Below are positions 19,817 through 28,357 of a stretch of DNA of 32,120 nt, in pieces. The notes under the pieces were generated by a model. That model saw only the letters and a list, made by a program, of their open reading frames with translations. It was not told where the DNA came from and searched no databases. A program made the position numbers and the translations under genes. The stretch's first letter is position 1, and every line of letters begins with the position of its first letter. This stretch comes from Candidatus Bathyarchaeia archaeon (GTDB lineage Archaea > Thermoproteota > Bathyarchaeia > Bathyarchaeales > Bathycorpusculaceae): the NCBI GenBank assembly GCA_038883795.1, contig JAVZLK010000018.1, positions 1 through 32,120 of the forward strand. The letters are read 5' to 3'.

Positions 19817-19975
19817 TTAAACTTTGCATGGGCTTTTTTCCTCGTTCTTTGTGTAGGTTTTTAGTCCAAGCCTTATTAGGTGTTCTATGAATGTGCTTCT
19901 TTTTTCTCTTCCTCTGAGTTCTTCTATTTGTTTTAGGAGTTTTGAGTCTATTGTTAGGCCTATGTGGTGTTTCAT
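19817..19975 (-). CDS. Ribbon-helix-helix (CopG-like) protein, 52 aa
   Basis: MKHHIGLTIDSKLLKQIEELRGREKRSTFIEHLIRLGL has the beta-alpha-alpha pattern. Confidence 0.75.
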   Translation of the reverse strand: MKHHIGLTIDSKLLKQIEELRGREKRSTFIEHLIRLGLKTYTKNEEKSPCKV

Positions 19976-20058
19976 TTTTATGCCTCGTGTATTTTGTATA
20001 TTTATTATACCAAAAAGCTTTATTAGTCTTATCCTACAAGTTATACTTTGGTGTTTAA

Positions 20059-20502
20059 ATGAAGACTTTGAGGATTTCGGATGATGCTCATCAGAAGTTG
20101 ACGGCTTTGCTTGGCGAATTAACAGCGCAAACCATGAAGATGCAGACCTATACAGACGCAATAGAAAGTCTTCTTTCTCAGTCTGTGATTTTGCCGCCAG
20201 AACTTCTCAACGAAATTGAAAGTTTTATTCAGAAGAATAGGCATTTGGGGTTCACTACGCGAGAGGAGTTTATTAGGGATGCTGTCCGTTGGAGGCTCCG
20301 CTTTTTAAGGGAGGATTATGAGTATATAGAAATTCCAAGGGAAGAATGGGAAAGGGTTCAGCAGGCGATTAGGGACATGGAGTTGCCGTTTTTGAGTGTT
20401 AACGAGTTTATTGAGCAGCAGATTAAGAGTTTGTTGGAAAAGTATGCTGAGTATGTTAGGCAGAAGGAGGCCTATGAGAAAAGAAGCCGAAAGAGGGAGT
20501 AG
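20059..20502 (+). CDS. Protein with tandem RHH-like domains
   Basis: Three units: KTLRISDDAHQKL..YTDAIESLL, SVILPPELLNEI..REEFIRDAV, YIEIPREEWERV..VNEFIEQQI. Confidence 0.75.
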   Translation: MKTLRISDDAHQKLTALLGELTAQTMKMQTYTDAIESLLSQSVILPPELLNEIESFIQKNRHLGFTTREEFIRDAVRWRLRFLREDYEYIEIPREEWERVQQAIRDMELPFLSVNEFIEQQIKSLLEKYAEYVRQKEAYEKRSRKRE

Positions 20503-20513
20503 GCGAGAGATAG

Positions 20514-20753
20514 TTAGTTTTTGTTTTCGTGGCTTCTTAGTTGGGTTTCGATGGGTGTGAGCGCCTTTTTTATGCTTATGTGGATGATTAGGCTTGTTAG
20601 TATTATTATGCCTGTTATGATTGAGTAGATAGCGAGGGTTATGAGTTGTTTTTTTATGTTTTCGTCGAGGGATTGGAGGGATAGGAAGGAGAAGTAGAAG
20701 GTTAGGAATATGCATAGGGTTAGGATGGCTATGGCGGCGGATTCCACTTTCAA
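20514..20753 (-). CDS. Small two-TM membrane protein
   Basis: Two hydrophobic stretches in 79 aa. Confidence 0.6.
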   Translation of the reverse strand: MKVESAAIAILTLCIFLTFYFSFLSLQSLDENIKKQLITLAIYSIITGIIILTSLIIHISIKKALTPIETQLRSHENKN

Positions 20754-20903
20754 TTAGCGCACTTGCTCCATTTTATAGCATAGGTTAGGCGTAGTCAAAA
20801 GAGTTTATGGATTCAAAATTCTTAGGCTAAGTAAACATTTGCGAAGGTGAGCGCAAAGTAAAAGTGGGTGTTTGTTTATATTATAGTGGATTGTGATTTT
20901 GGC

Positions 20904-21011
20904 GTGAGTAAGCCGAGGCTTTTTGACAGACCAGAATGTAAGAATTGCGTTTTTAAGGGTGGAAGTTATTGTTGGAACCAGTGTCCATACAATATTTGGC
21001 GAAGACCATAA
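20904..21011 (+). CDS. 35-aa Cys4 microprotein (C-x2-C-x7-C-x3-C-P)
   Basis: Not in the ORF track. GTG start, MSKPRLFDRPECKNCVFKGGSYCWNQCPYNIWRRP; TATA-like TTTATATTATA about 25 nt upstream. Confidence 0.6.
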   Translation: MSKPRLFDRPECKNCVFKGGSYCWNQCPYNIWRRP

Positions 21012-21043
21012 ATGCGCTTTTAAGCTAAAGGAATTGGGGGCTG

Positions 21044-21883
21044 TTGCTGATGGTGAGGCTGAAAGGAGAGAATAGGATTGCAATTTTTAAGCGGGTTGCT
21101 GAGAGGTTGGTTTCGAAAGTGGCTTCTTTTGATGGTGTTTGTGGGATTGTTTTGTTGGGTGGTTTGGTTAGGGGTTTTGTTGATAGGTTTTCTGATTTAG
21201 ACATCGTAGTCTTTATTGGCAAGAGTGATGAGCGGTTGCGGAAGCGCATTTATGAAGTTGGCTTAGGAGAGGCGAAGGCTTCTGGCATAGACATAGACCT
21301 TGAAGTTCATTTTATAGAGGATTTTAGGCGTTGGAGGTTTGATGAGGCGGATAGGTGGGAGTTTTCCAGAGCCAAAATCGTCTTCGACTCAGAAGGAAAA
21401 GTTAAGCGCATGCTTGATGAGAAGTTTAGGGTTTCGGATGGTTTTTGGGTTAAGCGCATCGTAATTTGTGGTGAGTATCTTAAGTGGTATTGTTGTCCGC
21501 CTAAGGAGGGTGTTGGCAGTGTTAGTGAGTGTTGGGTTGAGCGGGGTGATTTGGCGTCTGCGCATTATTGCCTAAACTATGCAGTAGAACTGCTGATTAA
21601 GATTGTTTATGCTTTGAATGGGGAGTTTTTGCCAGCGCCAAAATGGAGACTTTACCACTCTTATAGCCTAGCGTGGCTTCCTAAAGGCTACAAAAGATTC
21701 ATTAAAGAGGTGATGAGGGTTGAAGAGTTTTCTGTTAAAGATTTTGAAAGAAGACTAATGGCGGTTAGGGCTTTATGGCGGGAAATCTTGCCAAAGATAA
21801 AGGAGGAAACTGGACTAACACCAGAAAAAATAACTAAATATTATGTGGAGAAAGTGCTACACCAAACCAAATTCCAAGAATAA
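21044..21883 (+). CDS. Pol-beta-type nucleotidyltransferase with helical C-terminal domain (KNTase/DUF4037-like)
   Basis: LLGGLVRGFVDRFSDLDIVV (G-G/S-x9-DxD), third Asp in DIDL, C-terminal YALNGEFLPAPKW. Confidence 0.78.
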   Translation: MLMVRLKGENRIAIFKRVAERLVSKVASFDGVCGIVLLGGLVRGFVDRFSDLDIVVFIGKSDERLRKRIYEVGLGEAKASGIDIDLEVHFIEDFRRWRFDEADRWEFSRAKIVFDSEGKVKRMLDEKFRVSDGFWVKRIVICGEYLKWYCCPPKEGVGSVSECWVERGDLASAHYCLNYAVELLIKIVYALNGEFLPAPKWRLYHSYSLAWLPKGYKRFIKEVMRVEEFSVKDFERRLMAVRALWREILPKIKEETGLTPEKITKYYVEKVLHQTKFQE

Positions 21884-21927
21884 TGAATTTATATTTAAAA
21901 ATATTATAAATTAACGTGGTGTCTTAG

Positions 21928-22170
21928 ATGGTTGAAGCTTTTGTGCTTGTTCGTGTGGGTTCGAGTGAAGCGTTGAATTTTATGAAGACTGTTAAGGAGG
22001 AGATTGGCAGGATTAAGGGTGTTAAGGAGATTTTTGGTGTTTTTGGGCGTTATGATTTTGTTGTTAGGGTTGAGACTAGGACGCTTGAGGAGTTGGGTAA
22101 TCTTGTTACGGACAAGATAAGGGGCATCAACGGAGTATTAACCACAGAAACACTAGTAATAGGCTTCTAA
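21928..22170 (+). CDS. Stand-alone Lrp/AsnC ligand-binding (RAM) domain protein
   Basis: AFVLVRV, VFGRYDFVVRV, IRGINGVLTTETLV. Confidence 0.9.
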   Translation: MVEAFVLVRVGSSEALNFMKTVKEEIGRIKGVKEIFGVFGRYDFVVRVETRTLEELGNLVTDKIRGINGVLTTETLVIGF

Positions 22171-22266
22171 AAACAAGTCACCGAGTTTTGTGGCGTAAAC
22201 CTAAAAATAAACATTCGATAATTATTTTTAGACTATTTATTTCCCGTATAATAAAACGCTGAAAAT

Positions 22267-23748
22267 CTATAGAGGGGGAGGGTGTGTATTGGCGTGTTTT
22301 TGCGCCAAAAAATGTTGCTTTTTCCAGAATAGGTAAACTTTTGTTTGAGCCAAAAAACCAAGAGTCTTTAAAGCTTTAGCCAAACCCTCTTCACTAAACC
22401 CTCTAATCTTCCTCATAAACTCTTCATGGATTGGATAAGCTCCACCAGAAGCCATAAGCCTTTTCCGCACAGACGCTTCCCGCTCAGAAAGCTTTTCCAA
22501 AATTTTTATGATTTTAGCTTTCCCAACCCGCCTAATTACTAATAGATTCTCTTCTGTGCTTCCAAACATGGCTGGATTAAAACCTAAAAGGCGAAGCCTA
22601 TCCAAAGCCCATAAAACCCCATGGCTTGGCTTGCTTTCACAAATTTTCTGCATCCCAGCCCTCTCAAAAAACGGATTATACCGCGCCATAACAGCCAAAG
22701 CCTCAACAAAAGGCGTCCCCGCCAAGGCTAAAGTTTCCCTAACAAGCTTTACACCCAAACCAATAGAACGATATTTTGGATGCACAACAACCCGCGATAT
22801 GAGGCTCAAATCCCTCTGCAACTCCGAAAAGCTACCTCGCCAAACCCTGCTGCGCCCAAAACAAATAGGCGGCGGATAACTGTAAACAATAACCCCGCAT
22901 AATTCGCTATCACGCTTCAGAACAAAAACCTTCCGTGGAGGTGGACACCTGCCTGAACGATAATGAAAAACGCTTAACCGCTTATAATCGCAGAATTCGC
23001 CCTCTTCAACCCTCATCTCCCTCGTTAGGCTACATTCTCTCGCTGGCTCATTCCCATAATAATTCACAGTTATTTCTCTTCCAAAACGCTTATGAATATG
23101 CACAGAAGGCTTCAAATCCTCAAACAAGTCCAAATGCGTAGTAGCCACAACAACACCCCTACCCAACTGCCTCGCAAATTTCTGAATGTTAAAAGCAACA
23201 ATCCTAGCCATATCACGGTCAAGAACGCTACAAAACTCGTCGGCAAACCACCACTGCTTATTGCTTTCCATAAGCTTAGCAATTTTATAACGATACTTCT
23301 GCCCATCGCTTAATTCGCCAAAACGCCTAACAAAAAGAAAAGCATCATTCAAACCAGCCCGACTAAGCAATTCCAAACCTTCGCTGAAGTTTCTGCCAAC
23401 AGTATCAATCAAAGGCTTATCCACTTCGGGCGTAATCTCCGCCAAATCTATAGCCTTATCACCCAAATCACGCCTCAAAGCCCTTAGCAAGACGCTTTTT
23501 CCAGAACCACTCTCACCAGTAATATAGACAACGTCTCTTTCGCCGATCTTCAACTCCACATTATCATAAAGCACAAAACGCCTATGCTCATCTAAACCCA
23601 AACCAAAAGCCTCAGCCACCGCCAAAGTCCGAGGCGTGGCTTCAGCAGCCGTCTCATAAGCAATATTTATAACAAACTTTCCTTCACGAGCATCATAACG
23701 CCGCTTAAACTGGCGAATCCTAAAAAACTCTTTTTTGCGCTTCTTCAT
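22267..23748 (-). CDS. ABC-type ATPase fused to GNAT acetyltransferase (COG2401-like)
   Basis: Walker A GESGSGKS, signature LSDGQ, Walker B WFADEF, D-loop SVLD, H-loop ATTH; GNAT acetyl-CoA motif ISRVVVHPKYRSIGLG. Confidence 0.88.
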   Translation of the reverse strand: MKKRKKEFFRIRQFKRRYDAREGKFVINIAYETAAEATPRTLAVAEAFGLGLDEHRRFVLYDNVELKIGERDVVYITGESGSGKSVLLRALRRDLGDKAIDLAEITPEVDKPLIDTVGRNFSEGLELLSRAGLNDAFLFVRRFGELSDGQKYRYKIAKLMESNKQWWFADEFCSVLDRDMARIVAFNIQKFARQLGRGVVVATTHLDLFEDLKPSVHIHKRFGREITVNYYGNEPARECSLTREMRVEEGEFCDYKRLSVFHYRSGRCPPPRKVFVLKRDSELCGVIVYSYPPPICFGRSRVWRGSFSELQRDLSLISRVVVHPKYRSIGLGVKLVRETLALAGTPFVEALAVMARYNPFFERAGMQKICESKPSHGVLWALDRLRLLGFNPAMFGSTEENLLVIRRVGKAKIIKILEKLSEREASVRKRLMASGGAYPIHEEFMRKIRGFSEEGLAKALKTLGFLAQTKVYLFWKKQHFLAQKHANTHPPPL

Positions 23749-25184
23749 CTCAAAACGCCTAAAACCCGATGCTTCAACAATTTCTTCCTCAAACGCTCCA
23801 ACCTCACTTTACTAACAGAAGCCAAGCGCGGCAAAACCCAAAGCTTAGGAGCGCCCAATCCTCTTGTGGCGTAACAAGCCAAGGCTAGGCTCCAAAAACG
23901 GTCATCATGCGTACCCTCTGGATGATTAAATCTTATTTTGCCCTCCTTTGTCAATTCAAAACGCTCAACATTCAACTCAGCAATCAACTCGCCATCATAA
24001 GGAATCTTAAGCCTATTTTCAGTCATGCACCTTTTAAGCCACTCAGCCAGCTTCGCCTTTGTCTCCTGCGTGAACTTGACACCTTCAGTTTGTGTTATTC
24101 CAGCATTCACCATGTCTTCAGCTATGTAGTCGCCTACACCAGTCATATCCACCAAAACTTTGCGTATTTTTTGCCAACGGTCGCATAGGGTTTTGACGTA
24201 GCCGATCACGCTTGCGTATGCGGTTTGCAGCGGAAAACGGTGCATATGGATTAATTTTATAGAAGAATCTTCCATTTGCACTATGGCTAAGGCGCTGTAA
24301 TCCTGGTGTTTGCCAAGGTCTAAACCAGCATAAAACTCGCCTATAACAGCGTGGTTAAAACTGGCATATTCGAGTTGGCTGTCAATGCAGCTTGTGATTA
24401 AGGCTTGACTTAGCCAAACACTTTCGTCTTCAGCCCATTCCGCCTCCATTTCACGGCGCCAACGCCACGGGTCTCCTTCCAACTGCCTTTTAATCTTCTC
24501 CAAAATCTTCCTTTTTAATGGTCCTTTTGGTTCTGTGGCATCTTGCCATGTGACGTGGCTTTTTGCGAAGTCGCTGAAGGCTGAGTCGTGCCAGATTTTG
24601 TAAAAAATGGAGTCTGTTGTCCATGGTGTTGAGCTGCAGATGAATTTTCCATTCGTTGTGCCAAGCGTAAAAAGCACAGCATCGTATAGTTCTTCGTCTT
24701 TTGATATGAAGTTCATTTCGTCACAATAAACCAAGTCTAGTGTTGGTCCGCGGATGGTTTCGGGGTTGTTTGGGAAGGCTTCGATTAGGCTGCCGTTGGT
24801 GAGTCTAACCATTGTGTGTAGGGGTTTTTGGTACAAGTTTTTTGGTAGTTTCCGCAGAAAAGCGTTGATTCTGCGTATGACTAGTTTTGTTTGGCGCCAG
24901 CTTGGTCCTATTATGCCTATTTGTGTTTTTGGGTTTTTTAGTGCATGCCATAGGAGTATTGCTGCGATTGTTTGGGTTTTTCCGCTTTGGCGGCACCATC
25001 TGGCTGCTATAAACTGGTTTGTTTGGAAAAGCCTTATGAGTTGTTTTTGGTATGGGGTTGGCGTGAAGCCCAAGATTTTTGTGCAGAATTCTGTTGGGTC
25101 TTCTGGGATTTGTATAGAGGCGGTTTGTGTTTGGATTAGTTGTTTTTCAAGTTGTTTGAGTTTGGTTTTTTGCCGCTGCTTCAT
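23745..25184 (-). CDS. terL: Terminase large subunit
   Basis: Walker A RQSGKT, Walker B LVYCDE, coupling motif SSTP, RNase H-like nuclease GLDLG...D, VDMTGVG, HDDRFWSLALA. Confidence 0.93.
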   Translation of the reverse strand: MKQRQKTKLKQLEKQLIQTQTASIQIPEDPTEFCTKILGFTPTPYQKQLIRLFQTNQFIAARWCRQSGKTQTIAAILLWHALKNPKTQIGIIGPSWRQTKLVIRRINAFLRKLPKNLYQKPLHTMVRLTNGSLIEAFPNNPETIRGPTLDLVYCDEMNFISKDEELYDAVLFTLGTTNGKFICSSTPWTTDSIFYKIWHDSAFSDFAKSHVTWQDATEPKGPLKRKILEKIKRQLEGDPWRWRREMEAEWAEDESVWLSQALITSCIDSQLEYASFNHAVIGEFYAGLDLGKHQDYSALAIVQMEDSSIKLIHMHRFPLQTAYASVIGYVKTLCDRWQKIRKVLVDMTGVGDYIAEDMVNAGITQTEGVKFTQETKAKLAEWLKRCMTENRLKIPYDGELIAELNVERFELTKEGKIRFNHPEGTHDDRFWSLALACYATRGLGAPKLWVLPRLASVSKVRLERLRKKLLKHRVLGVLR

Positions 25185-25500
25185 TTATCATTTGCTCCAG
25201 TTTTGCTAAGTCTTGGTCTATTTGGCGTTCGTCGAAGGTTGATGAGATGCTGTTTATTGTTTGGGCTATGTATGTGGCCACTCTTGCCCACATTTGTCTT
25301 TGTTTTAGGGTTAGTTTTTCGGTTTTTCCGTTTGATGTTTGGGTTTTGGTTTCGCCTTTTGCTAGGGATGCTGCGATATTGAAGAGTTCTTGGAGGTTTT
25401 GGATGGTTTTTGTTCGCAATTGTTGTGTGTTTATTTGGTATTCTTCGCGGAGTTCGGCTATTCTGCGGGTTATCATCAATTTACGTGCTGTTTTTGGCAT
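25147..25500 (-). CDS. Putative terminase small subunit
   Basis: 117-aa basic helical protein overlapping the TerL start; call rests on position and size only. Confidence 0.5.
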   Translation of the reverse strand: MPKTARKLMITRRIAELREEYQINTQQLRTKTIQNLQELFNIAASLAKGETKTQTSNGKTEKLTLKQRQMWARVATYIAQTINSISSTFDERQIDQDLAKLEQMINEAAAKNQTQTT

Positions 25501-25516
25501 AAATTGGATACCCTCT

Positions 25517-25747
25517 CTAGGTTTTTTGCGCTATGAGGATTCCGCTGACAGTGCCAGTTAAACCCGTTATGGCGGCGAAGATTTCGCTGTTCCACCTGCC
25601 AGTAAACGCCAAATGGGCGATTTCTAATGCGGATAGGCATAGGGTCATGGCTAACGCGAATTTTACGCCGTAAACCAAGCGCTGGTCTGGCGGGATTTCG
25701 CCTCTGCGGGTTCTTCTTGTTAGGGCTTTCTTAATCCAGTCGTTCAT
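25517..25747 (-). CDS. Small two-TM protein, holin-like
   Basis: Basic N-terminus and two hydrophobic helices; in the viral operon. Confidence 0.45.
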   Translation of the reverse strand: MNDWIKKALTRRTRRGEIPPDQRLVYGVKFALAMTLCLSALEIAHLAFTGRWNSEIFAAITGLTGTVSGILIAQKT

Positions 25748-26135
25748 GGTTCGTCACCCGTCGCTGTTTTATGCTTTTATCACTTGTTCTTTTTCCACCA
25801 ATTAGGAAGCTGTTTAGGAGCTGTTCCGCTGTTTCACGGGGAACATGCGCCTTGGCTATTACGGTTATGTTGGCGGTCCAAGCTGTTGGAACAGCAGTAT
25901 AATCAATGTCATGGACGCCGTCAGCATAACGAAAACTGTTTTGGGCCAGGATTATGTGCTTGTTTTTGGCGCCTAAAACACCGAGGAAAATGCCCCAACT
26001 GGTAACAGGAACATCAATACCATTCAAACCGCCACTAAGGCTCTTGCCAATACTAGCATCAAACCACTCAACACGGATGAGATCGCCAAGGCTTAGCTCT
26101 TTAACCTGCCTAACAACATCCCTCATACACTCCAA
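25731..26135 (-). CDS. Hypothetical viral protein
   Basis: LIRVEWFDAS beta-rich small protein overlapping the next gene of the operon. Confidence 0.65.
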   Translation of the reverse strand: MECMRDVVRQVKELSLGDLIRVEWFDASIGKSLSGGLNGIDVPVTSWGIFLGVLGAKNKHIILAQNSFRYADGVHDIDYTAVPTAWTANITVIAKAHVPRETAEQLLNSFLIGGKRTSDKSIKQRRVTNHERLD

Positions 26136-26230
26136 ACCTCAAAAGAAAAGAGCAAATAAAGACAATATAAAGAACAGCAAAATTCAGAAATTTACCAATT
26201 CACAAATTTTAGATAAAATTAAAAAGGTAA

Positions 26231-27127
26231 TCAAGTTAGCCAAGATTTCAAATTTTTAGGCATTTCTTTCGTAAATGAAACCAAAATTTTCAATGTTTCG
26301 TAAGTTTCATCAAATGTAGGCTTGTAATTATGATGCACGATTCTATTTCGTAACTCATTCCATAGCTTGTCAACATCAAATGATTTATCTTCCGTGGAAT
26401 ATTCAAATCCGAGAATTTTTAATTGATATGGATAATTTCGTCGTTTTCCCTTTTCAGTTCGGAATAAACCTCTTTTTTCAGGATATCGCGCAATTATCTC
26501 GTCTGCAGCAGTATCAACGATTTTTCCCATCATGTTGCATGACCAAAGAACAGTCAGATTGAAAAGACCCTTATCAAATAATTGTGGAATAAACTTCCCA
26601 TTTTCTAAACACTCCATCATTCTATCCGCAACTGGGAATTTAAGCTCATTTTTCCATACCCTCTTCTGCTCAGTGAAAAAATTATCAACTAGACTTGCAC
26701 TCTCGCGAAGAGAAACTCGCTGGCCATATACCGTAACATGCAAGACAGATATCAAAAGGGCTATGTTAGAAATTATAAACAGCAAAAAGTACTCAAGAAA
26801 ACTGACAAGTGTATATCCAAAAAGTCCATTAAAAAAGGCAATTGTGGCGAAAGCTTCAGCAATAACGCTTGCAAGTAGAAATAATGAAGACAACCATAGT
26901 TCAACCGCTTGAAAATCCCTCGCAACATTCTTTGCTGGCAAAGCAGACACCAGAACATACGATAGTAAAAGTATCGCATAGAGTATCACTAACCAATAGC
27001 CGAAAACAAAAAGAATAATCGAGTTAATTATAAAAACTATCCCCAAGATAGGCAAACTAAAATAAAGCATCTTCCAACCATACAACCTTTTATCAGGTAT
27101 TATATGCACAAGTTTTGGAAATCTCAA
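26231..27127 (-). CDS. Four-TM membrane protein with C-terminal HEPN-like RNase domain
   Basis: Four hydrophobic helices in residues ~20-133; C-terminal LRNRIVH (R260-x4-H265) followed by a PTFDETYETL helix. Confidence 0.7.
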   Translation of the reverse strand: MRFPKLVHIIPDKRLYGWKMLYFSLPILGIVFIINSIILFVFGYWLVILYAILLLSYVLVSALPAKNVARDFQAVELWLSSLFLLASVIAEAFATIAFFNGLFGYTLVSFLEYFLLFIISNIALLISVLHVTVYGQRVSLRESASLVDNFFTEQKRVWKNELKFPVADRMMECLENGKFIPQLFDKGLFNLTVLWSCNMMGKIVDTAADEIIARYPEKRGLFRTEKGKRRNYPYQLKILGFEYSTEDKSFDVDKLWNELRNRIVHHNYKPTFDETYETLKILVSFTKEMPKNLKSWLT

Positions 27128-27184
27128 GTTACTATCCCTCTTTAACCTTTATTTACTCGGACAAATATTTCAAAGTAAAGGGTT

Positions 27185-28072
27185 ATGATGTGTATCCCAA
27201 GATTGACAAGTCATAATTTAATGGGATTGCTCATAATTTTTTTAATTCCTGTAATTCTTTTCTTTATTTTTCACTTGCCAAGTGATGTTAAGGGAATGTT
27301 GATTTTGCATAGGGATTATTCAAATTTTTACGACCTTTTAACAACGCATTTTGTGCATGAAGATTTAGTCAACCACTTATTGCCAAACGTGCTTATCTAT
27401 CTCGGAGCAACGTTGCTTCTCTACCTTTTCCTTTTCTCACAAAATGAGAAAAAACTTTTCTACAAACTGTTCATCACTAACTGTTTAATCGTGCCCTTCA
27501 TTATTTCGTTGCTTTGGATTCCAGTAAATAGGCTAATTTGGACTTGGGCTCCAAGAAGTTTTGGATTTTCCGGAGTTGTCTCCGCATTTTTAGGCACATT
27601 AGTTTTTGCTTATGTCCTATTTCTTCATAGAACGCTTAAAGTAGATACATTATACTCCTACTTATCTTCCATATTATTCGTCGCCTTAATATTTGTTTTA
27701 ATCTACTTCACATTCACAGAAAGTATCATAATAACAGCAAGCTTATTGTTACTTTTCTTCGTCTTGTTTGCATATCAAACGATGAAAAGCATCGACAAGC
27801 AAGTTAAAATGAAACTCCAAGAAAAGTTGAAGAACAAGATAATTGTATATATAATCGTGTCTATCTTATACTTGTTGATTCTCATTTTCAGCTTAAGTTT
27901 ATTTCCAAGACAATTCATCCAAGAAAATACGACCGTAAATTTTCTCATCCATTACATGGGATTTATACTCGGGATAGGCGCAGCCCAACTCATATGGCAA
28001 CACTCTAACCACAATAATTACAGAAATGAAAAGGTTAAAAATAAAGCGTGTTGTGAAAGTGTAATTGGTTAG
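27185..28072 (+). CDS. Rhomboid-like intramembrane serine protease with extra TM helices
   Basis: FVHEDLVNHLLPN, GFSG (S129), NFLIHYMGFILG (H256). Confidence 0.72.
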   Translation: MMCIPRLTSHNLMGLLIIFLIPVILFFIFHLPSDVKGMLILHRDYSNFYDLLTTHFVHEDLVNHLLPNVLIYLGATLLLYLFLFSQNEKKLFYKLFITNCLIVPFIISLLWIPVNRLIWTWAPRSFGFSGVVSAFLGTLVFAYVLFLHRTLKVDTLYSYLSSILFVALIFVLIYFTFTESIIITASLLLLFFVLFAYQTMKSIDKQVKMKLQEKLKNKIIVYIIVSILYLLILIFSLSLFPRQFIQENTTVNFLIHYMGFILGIGAAQLIWQHSNHNNYRNEKVKNKACCESVIG

Positions 28073-28074
28073 TT

Positions 28075-28215
28075 ATGAAGTTTGAAGAAACTAAAACAAA
28101 AAAGCGCTACAATGTTAGAAAGTCCACTATTGACCTTGCTGGTTCTGGAGCAGAGTATGCAACTCCAGAAGAGATGAAGCGTCTCTTGGACAAGTTAAGG
28201 AAAGAAGATGTCTAG
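28075..28215 (+). CDS. 46-aa ORF resembling the C-terminal half of an antitoxin (possible remnant)
   Basis: Not in the ORF track. MKFEETKTKKRYNVRKSTIDLAGSGAEYATPEEMKRLLDKLRKEDV; paralogous copy at 29004-29106. Confidence 0.5.
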   Translation: MKFEETKTKKRYNVRKSTIDLAGSGAEYATPEEMKRLLDKLRKEDV

Positions 28216-28222
28216 ATATAAA
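28119..28222 (+). repeat. Direct repeat copy 1 (~104 bp)
   Basis: Manual alignment to 29004-29106 gives 13 differences in 104 positions. Confidence 0.9.
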
Positions 28223-28310
28223 CCTAAAAGCACCATGCATAACAGACGACCCGCACATACCCGCCATAAAAGAAAGCAAAACAAAACGGATATAAAAGCC
28301 TAAATCTGCA

Positions 28311-28347
28311 GTATACTTATATTTTCGTATATAATATACTTGTATAT
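28311..28347. promoter_or_regulatory. Overlapping GTATA/TATAC palindromes, putative antitoxin operator
   Basis: GTATAC (28311-16), GTATA-TAA-TATAC (28327-39), ATATAC-TT-GTATAT (28334-47) directly upstream of the antitoxin. Confidence 0.55.
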
Positions 28348-28357
28348 GGTGAAATGT

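Noticed and set aside
22171-22266. Provirus attachment site
   Set aside because: AT-rich spacer between convergent genes with no tRNA fragment or repeat matching elsewhere in the window.
22267-23748. ABC transporter ATP-binding subunit
   Set aside because: No permease or binding protein nearby; it is GNAT-fused and coupled to terminase.
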